DNA from: Hyphomicrobiales bacterium
GTDB lineage: Bacteria; Pseudomonadota; Alphaproteobacteria; Rhizobiales; JALURZ01
Reading direction: 5' to 3'
Assembly (NCBI GenBank): GCA_027058735.1
Contig: JALURZ010000070.1
Location: forward strand, 1 to 35,021
DNA: 35,021 nucleotides
Part shown: positions 14,830-22,990 of the stretch, in pieces
Position numbering within the stretch: the first letter of the stretch is position 1
Layout: each line of letters begins with the position of its first letter
Notes under the pieces: generated by a model
What the model saw: the letters and a program-made list of their open reading frames with translations, nothing else
Told to the model about the DNA's origin: nothing
Database searches by the model: none
Program-made: the position numbers and the translations under genes

Positions 14830-15243
14830 ATGCGAACCAGAAGGAAAGCTGCCAAACCCCGTCTCGTTTATCTCGCCAAAAGTGAAGCGCCCGTGAAATG
14901 GGCCTGGGACGGGTTCGATGACAAGCGCGGTTTCGTATACGCCACCTACCGATGGGGCGTTTTGATCGTCAGTCATGACGGCCGGAAGATCCTTGAACGC
15001 AAGGTCGGCGGCGATGAGGACGAAAGCATTTCCAGGGCGGATCTGCTCAAGCAACTCGACGGCTATTTCGATACAGCCCTTTTCGAGAACGGCACCATTT
15101 GCGACTGCGGCCATGCCTATGAGCGCAAGATGGAGCCGGAACACTGCTATCATTGCGGAGAAAATCCGTGCCGCGAGGGGCTGTTGAAGACCATCAAGCC
15201 CAAGGGGCCGATCCGTCAGGCGCTGCGCCACGTTCTGCACTAG
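14830..15243 (+). CDS. Hypothetical 137-aa protein with C-terminal Cys-rich putative Zn ribbon
   Basis: AGAGGT SD just upstream, coding-like codon usage, fills the gap between parC and the DMT gene. Contains CDCGH-x10-CYHCG. Confidence 0.75.
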   Translation: MRTRRKAAKPRLVYLAKSEAPVKWAWDGFDDKRGFVYATYRWGVLIVSHDGRKILERKVGGDEDESISRADLLKQLDGYFDTALFENGTICDCGHAYERKMEPEHCYHCGENPCREGLLKTIKPKGPIRQALRHVLH

Positions 15244-15256
15244 AAGAACGCGCGAT

Positions 15257-15309
15257 GCCGGAGGGTAAGGCATGGCTTGTGATTCAGCCGCTTTGCTTTA
15301 CCGTCCGGC
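15257..15309. promoter_or_regulatory. Long inverted repeat overlapping a candidate leaderless promoter of the DMT gene
   Basis: GCCGGAGGGTAAGGCA (15257-15272) pairs with TGCTTTACCGTCCGGC (15294-15309). TTGTGA-N16-TACCGT (15277-15304) ends 8 nt before ATG 15313. Confidence 0.45.
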
Positions 15310-15312
15310 CTC

Positions 15313-16164
15313 ATGCAATCGACGAAAAAAGCCACCCTGTGGATGGCGGCATGGCTTGCCTGCATGGTGGCGATGGCCATCGCCGGGCGAGAGCTGACCA
15401 AAGACCTGCCGGTGTTTGTGCTCATGCTGCTGCGCTCGGTGATCGGGCTGGCGGTCATCGCGCCGTTCGTGCTGAAAAACCGGGCCGCGCGCACGCGCCG
15501 GCCGTGGCTGCACCTGTGGCGCAATCTGGTGCATTACACCGCGCAATATGCCTGGTTCTTCGCCATCACCCTGATCCCGCTTGCGCAGGTTGTCGCCATT
15601 GAATTCACCCTGCCGATCTGGACCGCCATTCTGGCCGCGCTGTTTCTCGGCGAACGGCTGGGCGGCTACCGCATCGCGGCGGTCGCACTCGGGTTCGCCG
15701 GAGTGCTGATCATTGTCAGACCCGGCATTTCGGCGATTGAACTCGGCCAGATGGCCGCGCTCTATGCGGCTGTCGGATTTGCCGTGTCCCTGACCATGAC
15801 AAAATCACTGACGAAAGACGACAGCGCCCTCACCATTATCTTTTTCATGCTGGGGATTCAGACGCTGATCGGGCTCTTGCCGGCACTTCATGTGTGGACC
15901 TGGCCGCCGCTTGCGGCCTGGCCCTGGGTGGCGGTGGCGGGGTTAGCCGGCACGGTTTCCCACTATGCCCTGGCGCGCGCCATGGCCCATGCCGACGCCA
16001 CCCTCGTCGTGCCCATGGATTTTCTGCGCGTGCCCTTGACGGCGCTTGCCGGCTATCTGCTCTATGCGGAGAAAGTGGACCTCTTCCTGGTCGCCGGGAC
16101 CGCGTTGATCCTGAGCGGAAATCTGGCCAATCTGAAACGCGACACGGCGCGCACCGGCGTGTGA
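15313..16164 (+). CDS. DMT/EamA family transporter
   Basis: 283 aa, about 10 TM helices, IEFTLPIWTAILAALFLGERL and PMDFLRVP motifs. Confidence 0.9.
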   Translation: MQSTKKATLWMAAWLACMVAMAIAGRELTKDLPVFVLMLLRSVIGLAVIAPFVLKNRAARTRRPWLHLWRNLVHYTAQYAWFFAITLIPLAQVVAIEFTLPIWTAILAALFLGERLGGYRIAAVALGFAGVLIIVRPGISAIELGQMAALYAAVGFAVSLTMTKSLTKDDSALTIIFFMLGIQTLIGLLPALHVWTWPPLAAWPWVAVAGLAGTVSHYALARAMAHADATLVVPMDFLRVPLTALAGYLLYAEKVDLFLVAGTALILSGNLANLKRDTARTGV

Positions 16165-16184
16165 GTGCGGCGGGCGATGCGCAA

Positions 16185-16214
16185 TGGACACGCACGGTGG
16201 CACCCGGGTAGCAT
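16185..16214 (+). promoter_or_regulatory. Candidate promoter of the aldehyde dehydrogenase gene (sigma54-like and sigma70-like readings overlap)
   Basis: TGGCAC-N5-TAGCA at 16198-16213 (GG-N10-GC). Also TGGACA-N18-TAGCAT from 16185. Confidence 0.35.
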
Positions 16215-16244
16215 TTGCTGTTTCAATCGGGAGGGCACGAACTG

Positions 16245-17732
16245 ATGGCCAAGCTGCAAACCTTCGAAAATCTGGTTGACGGCAAGCGGGTCAAGGCCGA
16301 GGACGGGGGAACGTTCGAGAGCTTCGATCCCTTCACGGGCAGGCCCTGGGCGCTGATCCCGCGTTCCACGCCGCGCGATGTGGATGTGGCCGTCACCGCC
16401 GCCCATCGCGCCTTCACAAACAGCGACTGGCCAGCCCTGAGCGCCTCCGCCCGCGGCCGGCTGCTGGTGCGCTTCGCCGATCTGGTGGCGCAGAACGCGG
16501 ATCGTCTCGCCGCCCTTGAAACCCGCGACAACGGCAAGCTGATCGCCGAAATGTTGGGGCAGCTCAACTATCTGCCGGAATGGTACCGCTATTTCGGCGG
16601 GCTGGCCGACAAGATCGAAGGCGCGGTCCTGCCCATGGACAAGCCGGGCATGTTCGCCTTCACCCGCCATGAGCCGCTCGGCGTCATCGCCGCCATCACC
16701 GCGTGGAATTCGCCGTTGCTGCTGATGAGCTGGAAACTGGCGCCGGCCCTTGCGGCGGGCAATACGGTGGTCGTGAAACCGTCGGAATTCGCGTCCGCCT
16801 CGACCCTCGCCTTCGTGGCGCTGTTCGAGGAAGCCGGATTTCCGCCCGGCGTGGTCAACACGCTCACCGGGTTCGGCGCCGAAATCGGGCCCGCGCTGAC
16901 GGCCCACCCGCTGGTCGCCAAGGTGGCGTTTACCGGCGGCGACGGCACCGGCCAGAGGGTTTATGAATCCGCTGCCGCCGGTCTCAAACGGGTCAGTCTG
17001 GAACTGGGCGGCAAGTCGCCCAATATCATTTTCGCGGATGCGGATCTGGACAATGCGGTGAACGGCGCGATCTCGGGCATCTTCGCAGCCTCCGGCCAGA
17101 CCTGCATGGCCGGCTCGCGGCTGCTGGTGGACAGGTCCATCCATGATGAGGTGATCGAGCGGATCACCGCCATTGCCGGTTCGGCGCGCATGGGCGACCC
17201 GGCTGATATGGACACCCAGGTAGGGCCGATCACCACCCTGCCCCAGCACGAGCGGGTGCTGGAGATGATCGACGCAGGCAGGAAGGACGGTGCGAAAATC
17301 GCGCTCGGCGGCGGCAGGCCCGCGGCGCGGCATCTGAAGGATGGCTGGTTCGTGGAGCCGACCATCTTCACCGGCGTCAACAACCGGATGCGTATCGCGC
17401 GCGAGGAGATATTCGGCCCCGTTCTCTCCATCATTCCGTTCGAGAACGAAGATGACGCCGTCGCCATCGCCAACGATACGGTCTACGGGCTGGCTTCCGC
17501 CGTGTGGACCCGCGATATGGGCCGCGCCATGCGCATGTCGGAGCGGTTGCAGGCCGGGACCGTGTGGATCAACGCCTATCGGGTGGTCAGTTACATGGCG
17601 CCTTTCGGCGGCTACAAACGCAGCGGCATCGGGCGCGAAAACGGCCAGGCGATGATTATGGACTACCTCCAGACCAAGACCGTTTGGATGGACACCACCG
17701 GCACCACCGCCAATCCGTTTGTATTGCGCTAG
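16245..17732 (+). CDS. NAD(P)-dependent aldehyde dehydrogenase
   Basis: Start reassigned to ATG 16245 after GGAGG (495 aa). ITAWNSP, VKPSE, FTGG, LELGGKSP, FAASGQTCMAGS (catalytic Cys), EEIFGP, PFGGYKRSG. Confidence 0.95.
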   Translation: MAKLQTFENLVDGKRVKAEDGGTFESFDPFTGRPWALIPRSTPRDVDVAVTAAHRAFTNSDWPALSASARGRLLVRFADLVAQNADRLAALETRDNGKLIAEMLGQLNYLPEWYRYFGGLADKIEGAVLPMDKPGMFAFTRHEPLGVIAAITAWNSPLLLMSWKLAPALAAGNTVVVKPSEFASASTLAFVALFEEAGFPPGVVNTLTGFGAEIGPALTAHPLVAKVAFTGGDGTGQRVYESAAAGLKRVSLELGGKSPNIIFADADLDNAVNGAISGIFAASGQTCMAGSRLLVDRSIHDEVIERITAIAGSARMGDPADMDTQVGPITTLPQHERVLEMIDAGRKDGAKIALGGGRPAARHLKDGWFVEPTIFTGVNNRMRIAREEIFGPVLSIIPFENEDDAVAIANDTVYGLASAVWTRDMGRAMRMSERLQAGTVWINAYRVVSYMAPFGGYKRSGIGRENGQAMIMDYLQTKTVWMDTTGTTANPFVLR

Positions 17733-17739
17733 CGCTCCG

Positions 17740-18474
17740 TCAGGGCGACGCGGCGAGGCCCGATATCATGGTTTCGCGCGACAGCGGTCTGTCCAGTCCG
17801 CGCGGCCCCCACACATGGCGCTGCAGAAAAAACCCGGTCAGCGCGAAGCCCGCAACGATCTGCTCGCCATCGGGCGCGGCGGCGTCCTGCCCGTTCGCCG
17901 CCAGCAGAAAGGCGGGAAGCGCCAGCAGCCTGTCCTTGTAGGGTTCGCCGGCGCTGGCGCTCACCGCCCTGGCTGATTTCGGCGACACATAGATCAGTTC
18001 ATCCTTGCGCCCGGTGGCCGCGCATTCGCCAAGATCGAGACCGAACCCGAGATCGTCCAGCAGGCCCAGTTCCCAGCGCGCCATCATGGCCGGCCACAGG
18101 TCGCCGGCCTCCAGCGCTTCAAGCACCATCACGAACACATCGTAAAGCCGGGGATGAGCCTCCCGTTCGGGCAGCAATGCGGCCAGTTGGCACAGTGAAT
18201 TAAGAGCGGCCAGCTTCGCGCGCTGCGACATCAAGGAGGCGGCGCGCAGATGTTCGGGCTCTATGGTGAAATGGCCCAGATGCTCCGAAAGCCGGGCGCG
18301 CCAGAGCGCCTGGACGCCATTGCCGGGCTGGAGCACCGCGCGCAGCCGCCGCGAGCGCCCGCCGCGCACAAGACCCAGATGGCGGCCGTGCCGGCGCGTG
18401 AAAATATCGACGATCGCACTGGTCTCGCCATGCCGCCGCACGCTGAGGACGGTTCCGTTTTCCCGCCATTCCAT
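17740..18474 (-). CDS. recO: DNA repair protein RecO
   Basis: Start reassigned to ATG 18474 (244 aa). MEWRENGTVLSVRRHGE, FTRRHGRHLGLVRGG, LGFGLDLGECAATG, YVSPKSARAVS are typical of alphaproteobacterial RecO. Confidence 0.95.
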   Translation of the reverse strand: MEWRENGTVLSVRRHGETSAIVDIFTRRHGRHLGLVRGGRSRRLRAVLQPGNGVQALWRARLSEHLGHFTIEPEHLRAASLMSQRAKLAALNSLCQLAALLPEREAHPRLYDVFVMVLEALEAGDLWPAMMARWELGLLDDLGFGLDLGECAATGRKDELIYVSPKSARAVSASAGEPYKDRLLALPAFLLAANGQDAAAPDGEQIVAGFALTGFFLQRHVWGPRGLDRPLSRETMISGLAASP

Positions 18475-18539
18475 AAGATCAACAGCAATGCCCCATCGAT
18501 CCCAATTCGTCAAATGGCCCGTAACGGCGGGAATGCCGG

Positions 18540-19820
18540 TCAGTGATGCTGCCTGCCGGCCGGCGCCGCGGCGGTGCGCGCCGCGCCGGCCCGTCTCTTG
18601 AGCGGCAGCGCGGATGGATCGTCGCGCAACGCAAACAATTCCATTTTCTGGCTGACCCCCTCCAGACGGTGCAGCCCGGCCGATACCCACAGTTCCGGCT
18701 CCAGATCGGCAATTTCCTTGGTCGCCAGCGCGTTGGGCTCGACGGATTTGGTCAGTTTCTCGATGCGCGCGACTTCATTGACCGTCGGCCCGATTACCGA
18801 GAAGGACAGCCGGTGCGGCACGCCGATATTCCCGAACATGACGGTCCCGGTATTCAGCCCGATGCCAAACCGGATATCGGGAAGTCCGGCTTTTTTCCGC
18901 CGCGCGTTGGTGGCTTCCACGGCCTTCTGGGAATTTCGCATGGCCAGCGCGGCCGCACGCGCGGCAGCTGGAAGATCATCCTTCCCCTGATAGGGAAAAA
19001 TGGCGAGCACGGCGTCGCCGACAAAATCGAGCACATCGCCGCCGGCCTCGATTATGGGCGTCGCGGAACATTCGAAATAGCAATTGAGCAGGCCGATGAA
19101 CTCCTCGCTGCTCATGGTATCGGCCAGCGCGGTAGACCGGCGCAGATCGCTGTACCACACGATCGCCTTTGTCGCATGGCCGTCGCCACGGCGGATCTCC
19201 CCGCGCAGGACCCGGTCGCCGGCCTGCCTGCCCAGATAGGTCTCGGTGATGTTGCGGGCGATACGCGCCTGGATCGCCGTCTTGCACGCCACCGCGAACC
19301 GGCGCTGGATGCGCTTCAGCGTCGCGATATCGTTGTCGCTGAACCCGCCCGCGCGGTCGGGCGACCATGTCACGACGACGCCCGGCGCCGACTTTGCATC
19401 GCCGCCCACCACACCGGGAAAAACCGTCTTGATCATGAGATAGTCGGTCAGGCCCTGCTCGGCCAGTTCTTCCAGAAGAGTGAAATCGACAACCTTGTCC
19501 GGCCCATCGAGGCGGCGTCTGAGAACGGTTACTTTGTGATCGGCCAGATATTTCACAGGACTGCGCAGCCATTCATCGGACTCGATATCCTGGTGCGCGA
19601 ATTGCGACAGGGTCGTTTTCTCGCCCCGCTTCCAGAGAACGGTTTCGGCCTGAAACAGGGGATGCAGCGTCGGCCAGATCAATCTGGCCCGGGCAATCGG
19701 CACGCCGACCGCGTGAAGCCGGTGGCAGACCCCTTCGAACATTTCAGCGATATCCGGCTCACTCAGGGCCTGATCGACCAGCCATTCCGCTATTTCCGAT
19801 ACAAGCGCTGTGTCAGCCAT
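18540..19820 (-). CDS. Class III nucleotide (adenylate/guanylate) cyclase with N-terminal GAF-like sensor region
   Basis: 426 aa, soluble. TYLG, VWYSDLRRST (metal Asp1), DFVGDAVLA (Asp2), GIGLNTG, GNIG, VIGPTVNEVARIE (Asn/Arg). Confidence 0.92.
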   Translation of the reverse strand: MADTALVSEIAEWLVDQALSEPDIAEMFEGVCHRLHAVGVPIARARLIWPTLHPLFQAETVLWKRGEKTTLSQFAHQDIESDEWLRSPVKYLADHKVTVLRRRLDGPDKVVDFTLLEELAEQGLTDYLMIKTVFPGVVGGDAKSAPGVVVTWSPDRAGGFSDNDIATLKRIQRRFAVACKTAIQARIARNITETYLGRQAGDRVLRGEIRRGDGHATKAIVWYSDLRRSTALADTMSSEEFIGLLNCYFECSATPIIEAGGDVLDFVGDAVLAIFPYQGKDDLPAAARAAALAMRNSQKAVEATNARRKKAGLPDIRFGIGLNTGTVMFGNIGVPHRLSFSVIGPTVNEVARIEKLTKSVEPNALATKEIADLEPELWVSAGLHRLEGVSQKMELFALRDDPSALPLKRRAGAARTAAAPAGRQHH

Positions 19821-20062
19821 GCCGGGGATTGTCCTGATTGTGCCGCTGGCGCGTATCCGTCAATCGTCGCGCGCAAGCCTCACAGATAATGCCGAATGCC
19901 GCAAGGTCAAGTTATGCCCCCACCGGCGTACCGCTCATCGGCGTCGCCGGCGGTCCCGAGATGAAGGTCTTCGCGCCCGGCGAAACGATATTGCCGCGCC
20001 GTTCAGGCACAATCGCGGAAATGGCGGCAAGCCCGGCCAGCCTCTTGAAGGATTTTCCATGC

Positions 20063-20986
20063 TCAGGCTTTCGGATAGTCCAGCCCCATGGCGCGAAAGC
20101 GTTCGGGATCATCCCCCCACCCGCGCCTTACCTTGACAAACAAGAACAGATGCACCGCAGCGCCGATGGCGGTGGAAATTTCCGCGCGCGCCTGCGCCCC
20201 TATCGCCTTGATGGTCTGCCCGTTCCTGCCGATGACGATTTTTTTCTGGCTGTCGCGCTCAACGAAAATAACCTGCTCGATGCGCACCGACCCGTCCTTT
20301 CTGCGCGTCCAGCTTTCGGTTTCCACCGTCGAGGCATAGGGCAGTTCCTCGTGCAGGCGCAGATAGAGCTTTTCGCGCGTGATTTCAGACGCCATCTGGC
20401 GCATCGGAATATCGGCGATCTGATCTTCGGGATAGAGCCACGGACCCCGTGGCACGGCCCTGGCGAAGGTCTGTTTCAGGTCCGCGACCCCGTCCCCGCT
20501 CAGGGCCGACACCATGAAGGTCCGCGTGAAACCGGCCCGTTCGTTCAACGCCGCCGATATCTCCAGCAGCGCGGTGCGCGACACCAGATCGATCTTGTTG
20601 ATCACCAGTACAGGCTTGCGCGCAAGGCCCTCAATCCGGGAAAGCAGGGCCAGGCTTTCCGGCTTCTCCCACTGGCGCGCATCCACCAGCACCGCGACCG
20701 CGTCGGCATCCGCCGCACCGCTCCAGGCCGCCTCCACCATGGCTTCGTCGAGCCGGCGTCTGGGCACAAAAATTCCCGGCGTATCGACAAAGATGATCTG
20801 GCTTTGCCCCTCAAGGGCCACCGCACGGATGCGAAAGCGCGTCGTCTGCACCTTGTGTGTCACGGCCGCCACCTTGGCGCCCACCAGCGTGTTGAGCAGC
20901 GTGGACTTGCCGGCATTGGGCGCGCCGATCAGCGCGACAAAGCCGCAGCGCCGTTCGCCGGGGCCGGCCTGGTCCCTCGTGCTCAT
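20063..20986 (-). CDS. era: GTPase Era
   Basis: GAPNAGKSTLLN, HKVQTTR, DTPG, NKID and a KH domain (EELPY; VIGRNG). Confidence 0.98.
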   Translation of the reverse strand: MSTRDQAGPGERRCGFVALIGAPNAGKSTLLNTLVGAKVAAVTHKVQTTRFRIRAVALEGQSQIIFVDTPGIFVPRRRLDEAMVEAAWSGAADADAVAVLVDARQWEKPESLALLSRIEGLARKPVLVINKIDLVSRTALLEISAALNERAGFTRTFMVSALSGDGVADLKQTFARAVPRGPWLYPEDQIADIPMRQMASEITREKLYLRLHEELPYASTVETESWTRRKDGSVRIEQVIFVERDSQKKIVIGRNGQTIKAIGAQARAEISTAIGAAVHLFLFVKVRRGWGDDPERFRAMGLDYPKA

Positions 20987-21690
20987 TTGCGTTCCCGCGC
21001 AGGGTCGTTGCGCTTCAAGAACCTTTTCGCCGCAACCTGTTCGGCCGCCTGTTTGGAAGTCCCCTCCCCGCGCACCGCGTCATATCCCTCGATTTCGACA
21101 GAGATGGTGAACACCGGCGCATGTTCCGGGCCCGAGCGCGCCGTGACACGGTAGGAAGGGCGCGCCAGCCGGCGCGACTGCGCCCATTCCTGCAACGCGG
21201 TCTTGGCGTCCCGGGGCACCGATTTCACCGACCGCAGATGCGGCCGCCAGAAGCGCTCGATGAAGCGCCGCGCCGCCGCCAGCCCGCCATCGAGATAGAT
21301 GGCCGCGATCAGGGCTTCGCAGGCATTGCCCAGAACCGCCATTTTCCCGCGCCCCCCCGCCCTGTCCTCGCCCTCGCCGAGAAACAGGTATTTGCCAAGA
21401 TTGATTTCGCGCGCGACCCTGGCGCAGGTCTCCTTGCGCACAAGGGCGTTGAAGCGGCGAGCAAGATCACCCTCATCGCTTTGCGGATAGGCGGCAAACA
21501 GCAGTTCCGATATCACCAGCCCCAGAACCCGGTCGCCCAGAAACTCGAGACGCTCATTGTTGGCCATGGGGCCTGTGCCGGCGCGCGCATCGAAGCTCGC
21601 ATGGACAAGGGCGGTGCGCAGAAGAGTATCATCGGAAAAGTCATGGCCGATGAGCGCCATCAGCTCCTCGCGATTGCCCGGCGCGCCCAC
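20983..21690 (-). CDS. rnc: Ribonuclease III
   Basis: NERLEFLGDRVLGL signature, EALIAAIYLDGG, dsRBD (DAKTALQEWAQ...GPEHAPVF...SKQAAEQ). GTG start; a later ATG is possible. Confidence 0.97.
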   Translation of the reverse strand: MGAPGNREELMALIGHDFSDDTLLRTALVHASFDARAGTGPMANNERLEFLGDRVLGLVISELLFAAYPQSDEGDLARRFNALVRKETCARVAREINLGKYLFLGEGEDRAGGRGKMAVLGNACEALIAAIYLDGGLAAARRFIERFWRPHLRSVKSVPRDAKTALQEWAQSRRLARPSYRVTARSGPEHAPVFTISVEIEGYDAVRGEGTSKQAAEQVAAKRFLKRNDPARERK

Positions 21691-21696
21691 AGGCCC

Positions 21697-22467
21697 TCAC
21701 TTGACGGTGGTGAAGAAACGGCTCCAGCGGATTTCGGAGGGCCAGCGCCAGAATTCCCAGAACCGCGCACCGCCGCCGACGGAAAAGAAGATTATTTCCG
21801 CGCGTCCCACGAAGTTCTCAAAAGGAACAAACCCCACCTCGCTCAGGAACCGGCTGTCGGTCGAATTGTCGCGATTGTCACCCATCATGAAATAATGTCC
21901 GGCGGGCACCCGGTATTCGCGCGTGTTGTCGGCATAGCCCTGCCGGGTCAGGTCGAGTGTGGTATATTCGACGCCTTCGGGCAGACGCTCCCGGAAACGG
22001 GCGACGCGGCGCGTGTTGACAGGGCCGATCCGTTCGACAAAATCGTCCACCCGTTTGCGCGGCACGGGCTGCGAATTGATATACAGCACCCCGTCCCTCA
22101 TTTGAATGACATCGCCCGGCAGGCCGATGACGCGCTTGATGTAGTCGGTCGCGTTGTCACGGGGAAGTTTGAAAACCGCGACATCGCCTCGCTCGGGCTT
22201 GCTCGCCCAAATCCGTCCCGAAAACAGCGACAGGCCGAAAGGCAGGGAATATTTCGAGTATCCGTAGCTGAATTTTGAAACGAACAGATAGTCGCCAACC
22301 AGCAGCGTCGATTTCATCGAGCCGGAGGGTATGTTGAACGGCTGATACAGGAATGTTCGCACGATCATCGCCAGGATCAAGGCATGAATGATGACGCGGA
22401 CAAACTCACCGAAACCGCCCTCGCCAGATTTGCTTTTCTGTTTCGAATCTTCACTGGCTTCGGTCAT
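21697..22467 (-). CDS. lepB: Signal peptidase I
   Basis: Start reassigned to ATG 22467 (256 aa). PFNIPSGSM (Ser), YIKRVIGLPGD (Lys), MMGDNRDNSTDSR. Confidence 0.97.
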   Translation of the reverse strand: MTEASEDSKQKSKSGEGGFGEFVRVIIHALILAMIVRTFLYQPFNIPSGSMKSTLLVGDYLFVSKFSYGYSKYSLPFGLSLFSGRIWASKPERGDVAVFKLPRDNATDYIKRVIGLPGDVIQMRDGVLYINSQPVPRKRVDDFVERIGPVNTRRVARFRERLPEGVEYTTLDLTRQGYADNTREYRVPAGHYFMMGDNRDNSTDSRFLSEVGFVPFENFVGRAEIIFFSVGGGARFWEFWRWPSEIRWSRFFTTVK

Positions 22468-22527
22468 GGCACTGAATCGAGCCTCTTTGTGGGGCGGGGA
22501 TATGGGCGACGCGATCTCACAGGCGGA

Positions 22528-22556
22528 CATATAGCGTCTGCATGACGCCGTTGCAA
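22528..22556 (-). promoter_or_regulatory. Candidate sigma70 promoter for lepB-rnc-era
   Basis: Minus strand TTGCAA-N17-TATATG about 60 nt upstream of the lepB ATG. Confidence 0.55.
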
Positions 22557-22594
22557 ACGGTGCCGGGCCCGCGGCCTTTGGCGCGATCGCTTGT

Positions 22595-22990
22595 TCAGTT
22601 CACGCGCGCGATAATGACAAAGGCCTGCGCGAGGGGATAGTCGTCCGTGATGGTAAGGTGTATGTCGGCGCGCGCGTGCGGGCCCGCAAGCTGCTCCAGG
22701 CGCTTCAGCGCGCCACCGGTCAGTTTCAGCGTCGGCCTGCCCGAAGGCAGATTGACCACCCCCATGTCACGCCAGTAAACGCCCTGGCGCAGACCGGTCC
22801 CCAGCGCCTTGGAGCAGGCCTCCTTCGCCGCGAAGCGCTTTGCGTATGAGGCCGCCCGGGCGGCGCGGCGGTCGGACCTGGCCCGTTCGGTTTCGGTAAA
22901 AACCCGATGGGTAAAACGCTCCCCAAACCGCTCCAGCGTATGCTCGACACGGCGGATATCGATCAGATCGCTGCCAATCCCGATAATTAT
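22595..22990 (-). CDS. acpS: Holo-[acyl-carrier-protein] synthase, apparent non-canonical ATA start
   Basis: [44 protein letters not shown]. The family N-terminus begins at ATA 22990, 7 nt after GGAGG. Confidence 0.93.
   Translation of the reverse strand: MIIGIGSDLIDIRRVEHTLERFGERFTHRVFTETERARSDRRAARAASYAKRFAAKEACSKALGTGLRQGVYWRDMGVVNLPSGRPTLKLTGGALKRLEQLAGPHARADIHLTITDDYPLAQAFVIIARVN

Noticed and set aside
18540-19820. Cyclase as a Pycsar-type anti-phage system
   Set aside because: No adjacent cyclic-nucleotide-binding TIR or transmembrane effector. The architecture matches stand-alone rhizobial sensor cyclases.
18543-21154. 448-aa and 438-aa plus-strand ORFs opposite the cyclase and era
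   Set aside because: Antisense shadows of well-supported minus-strand genes.
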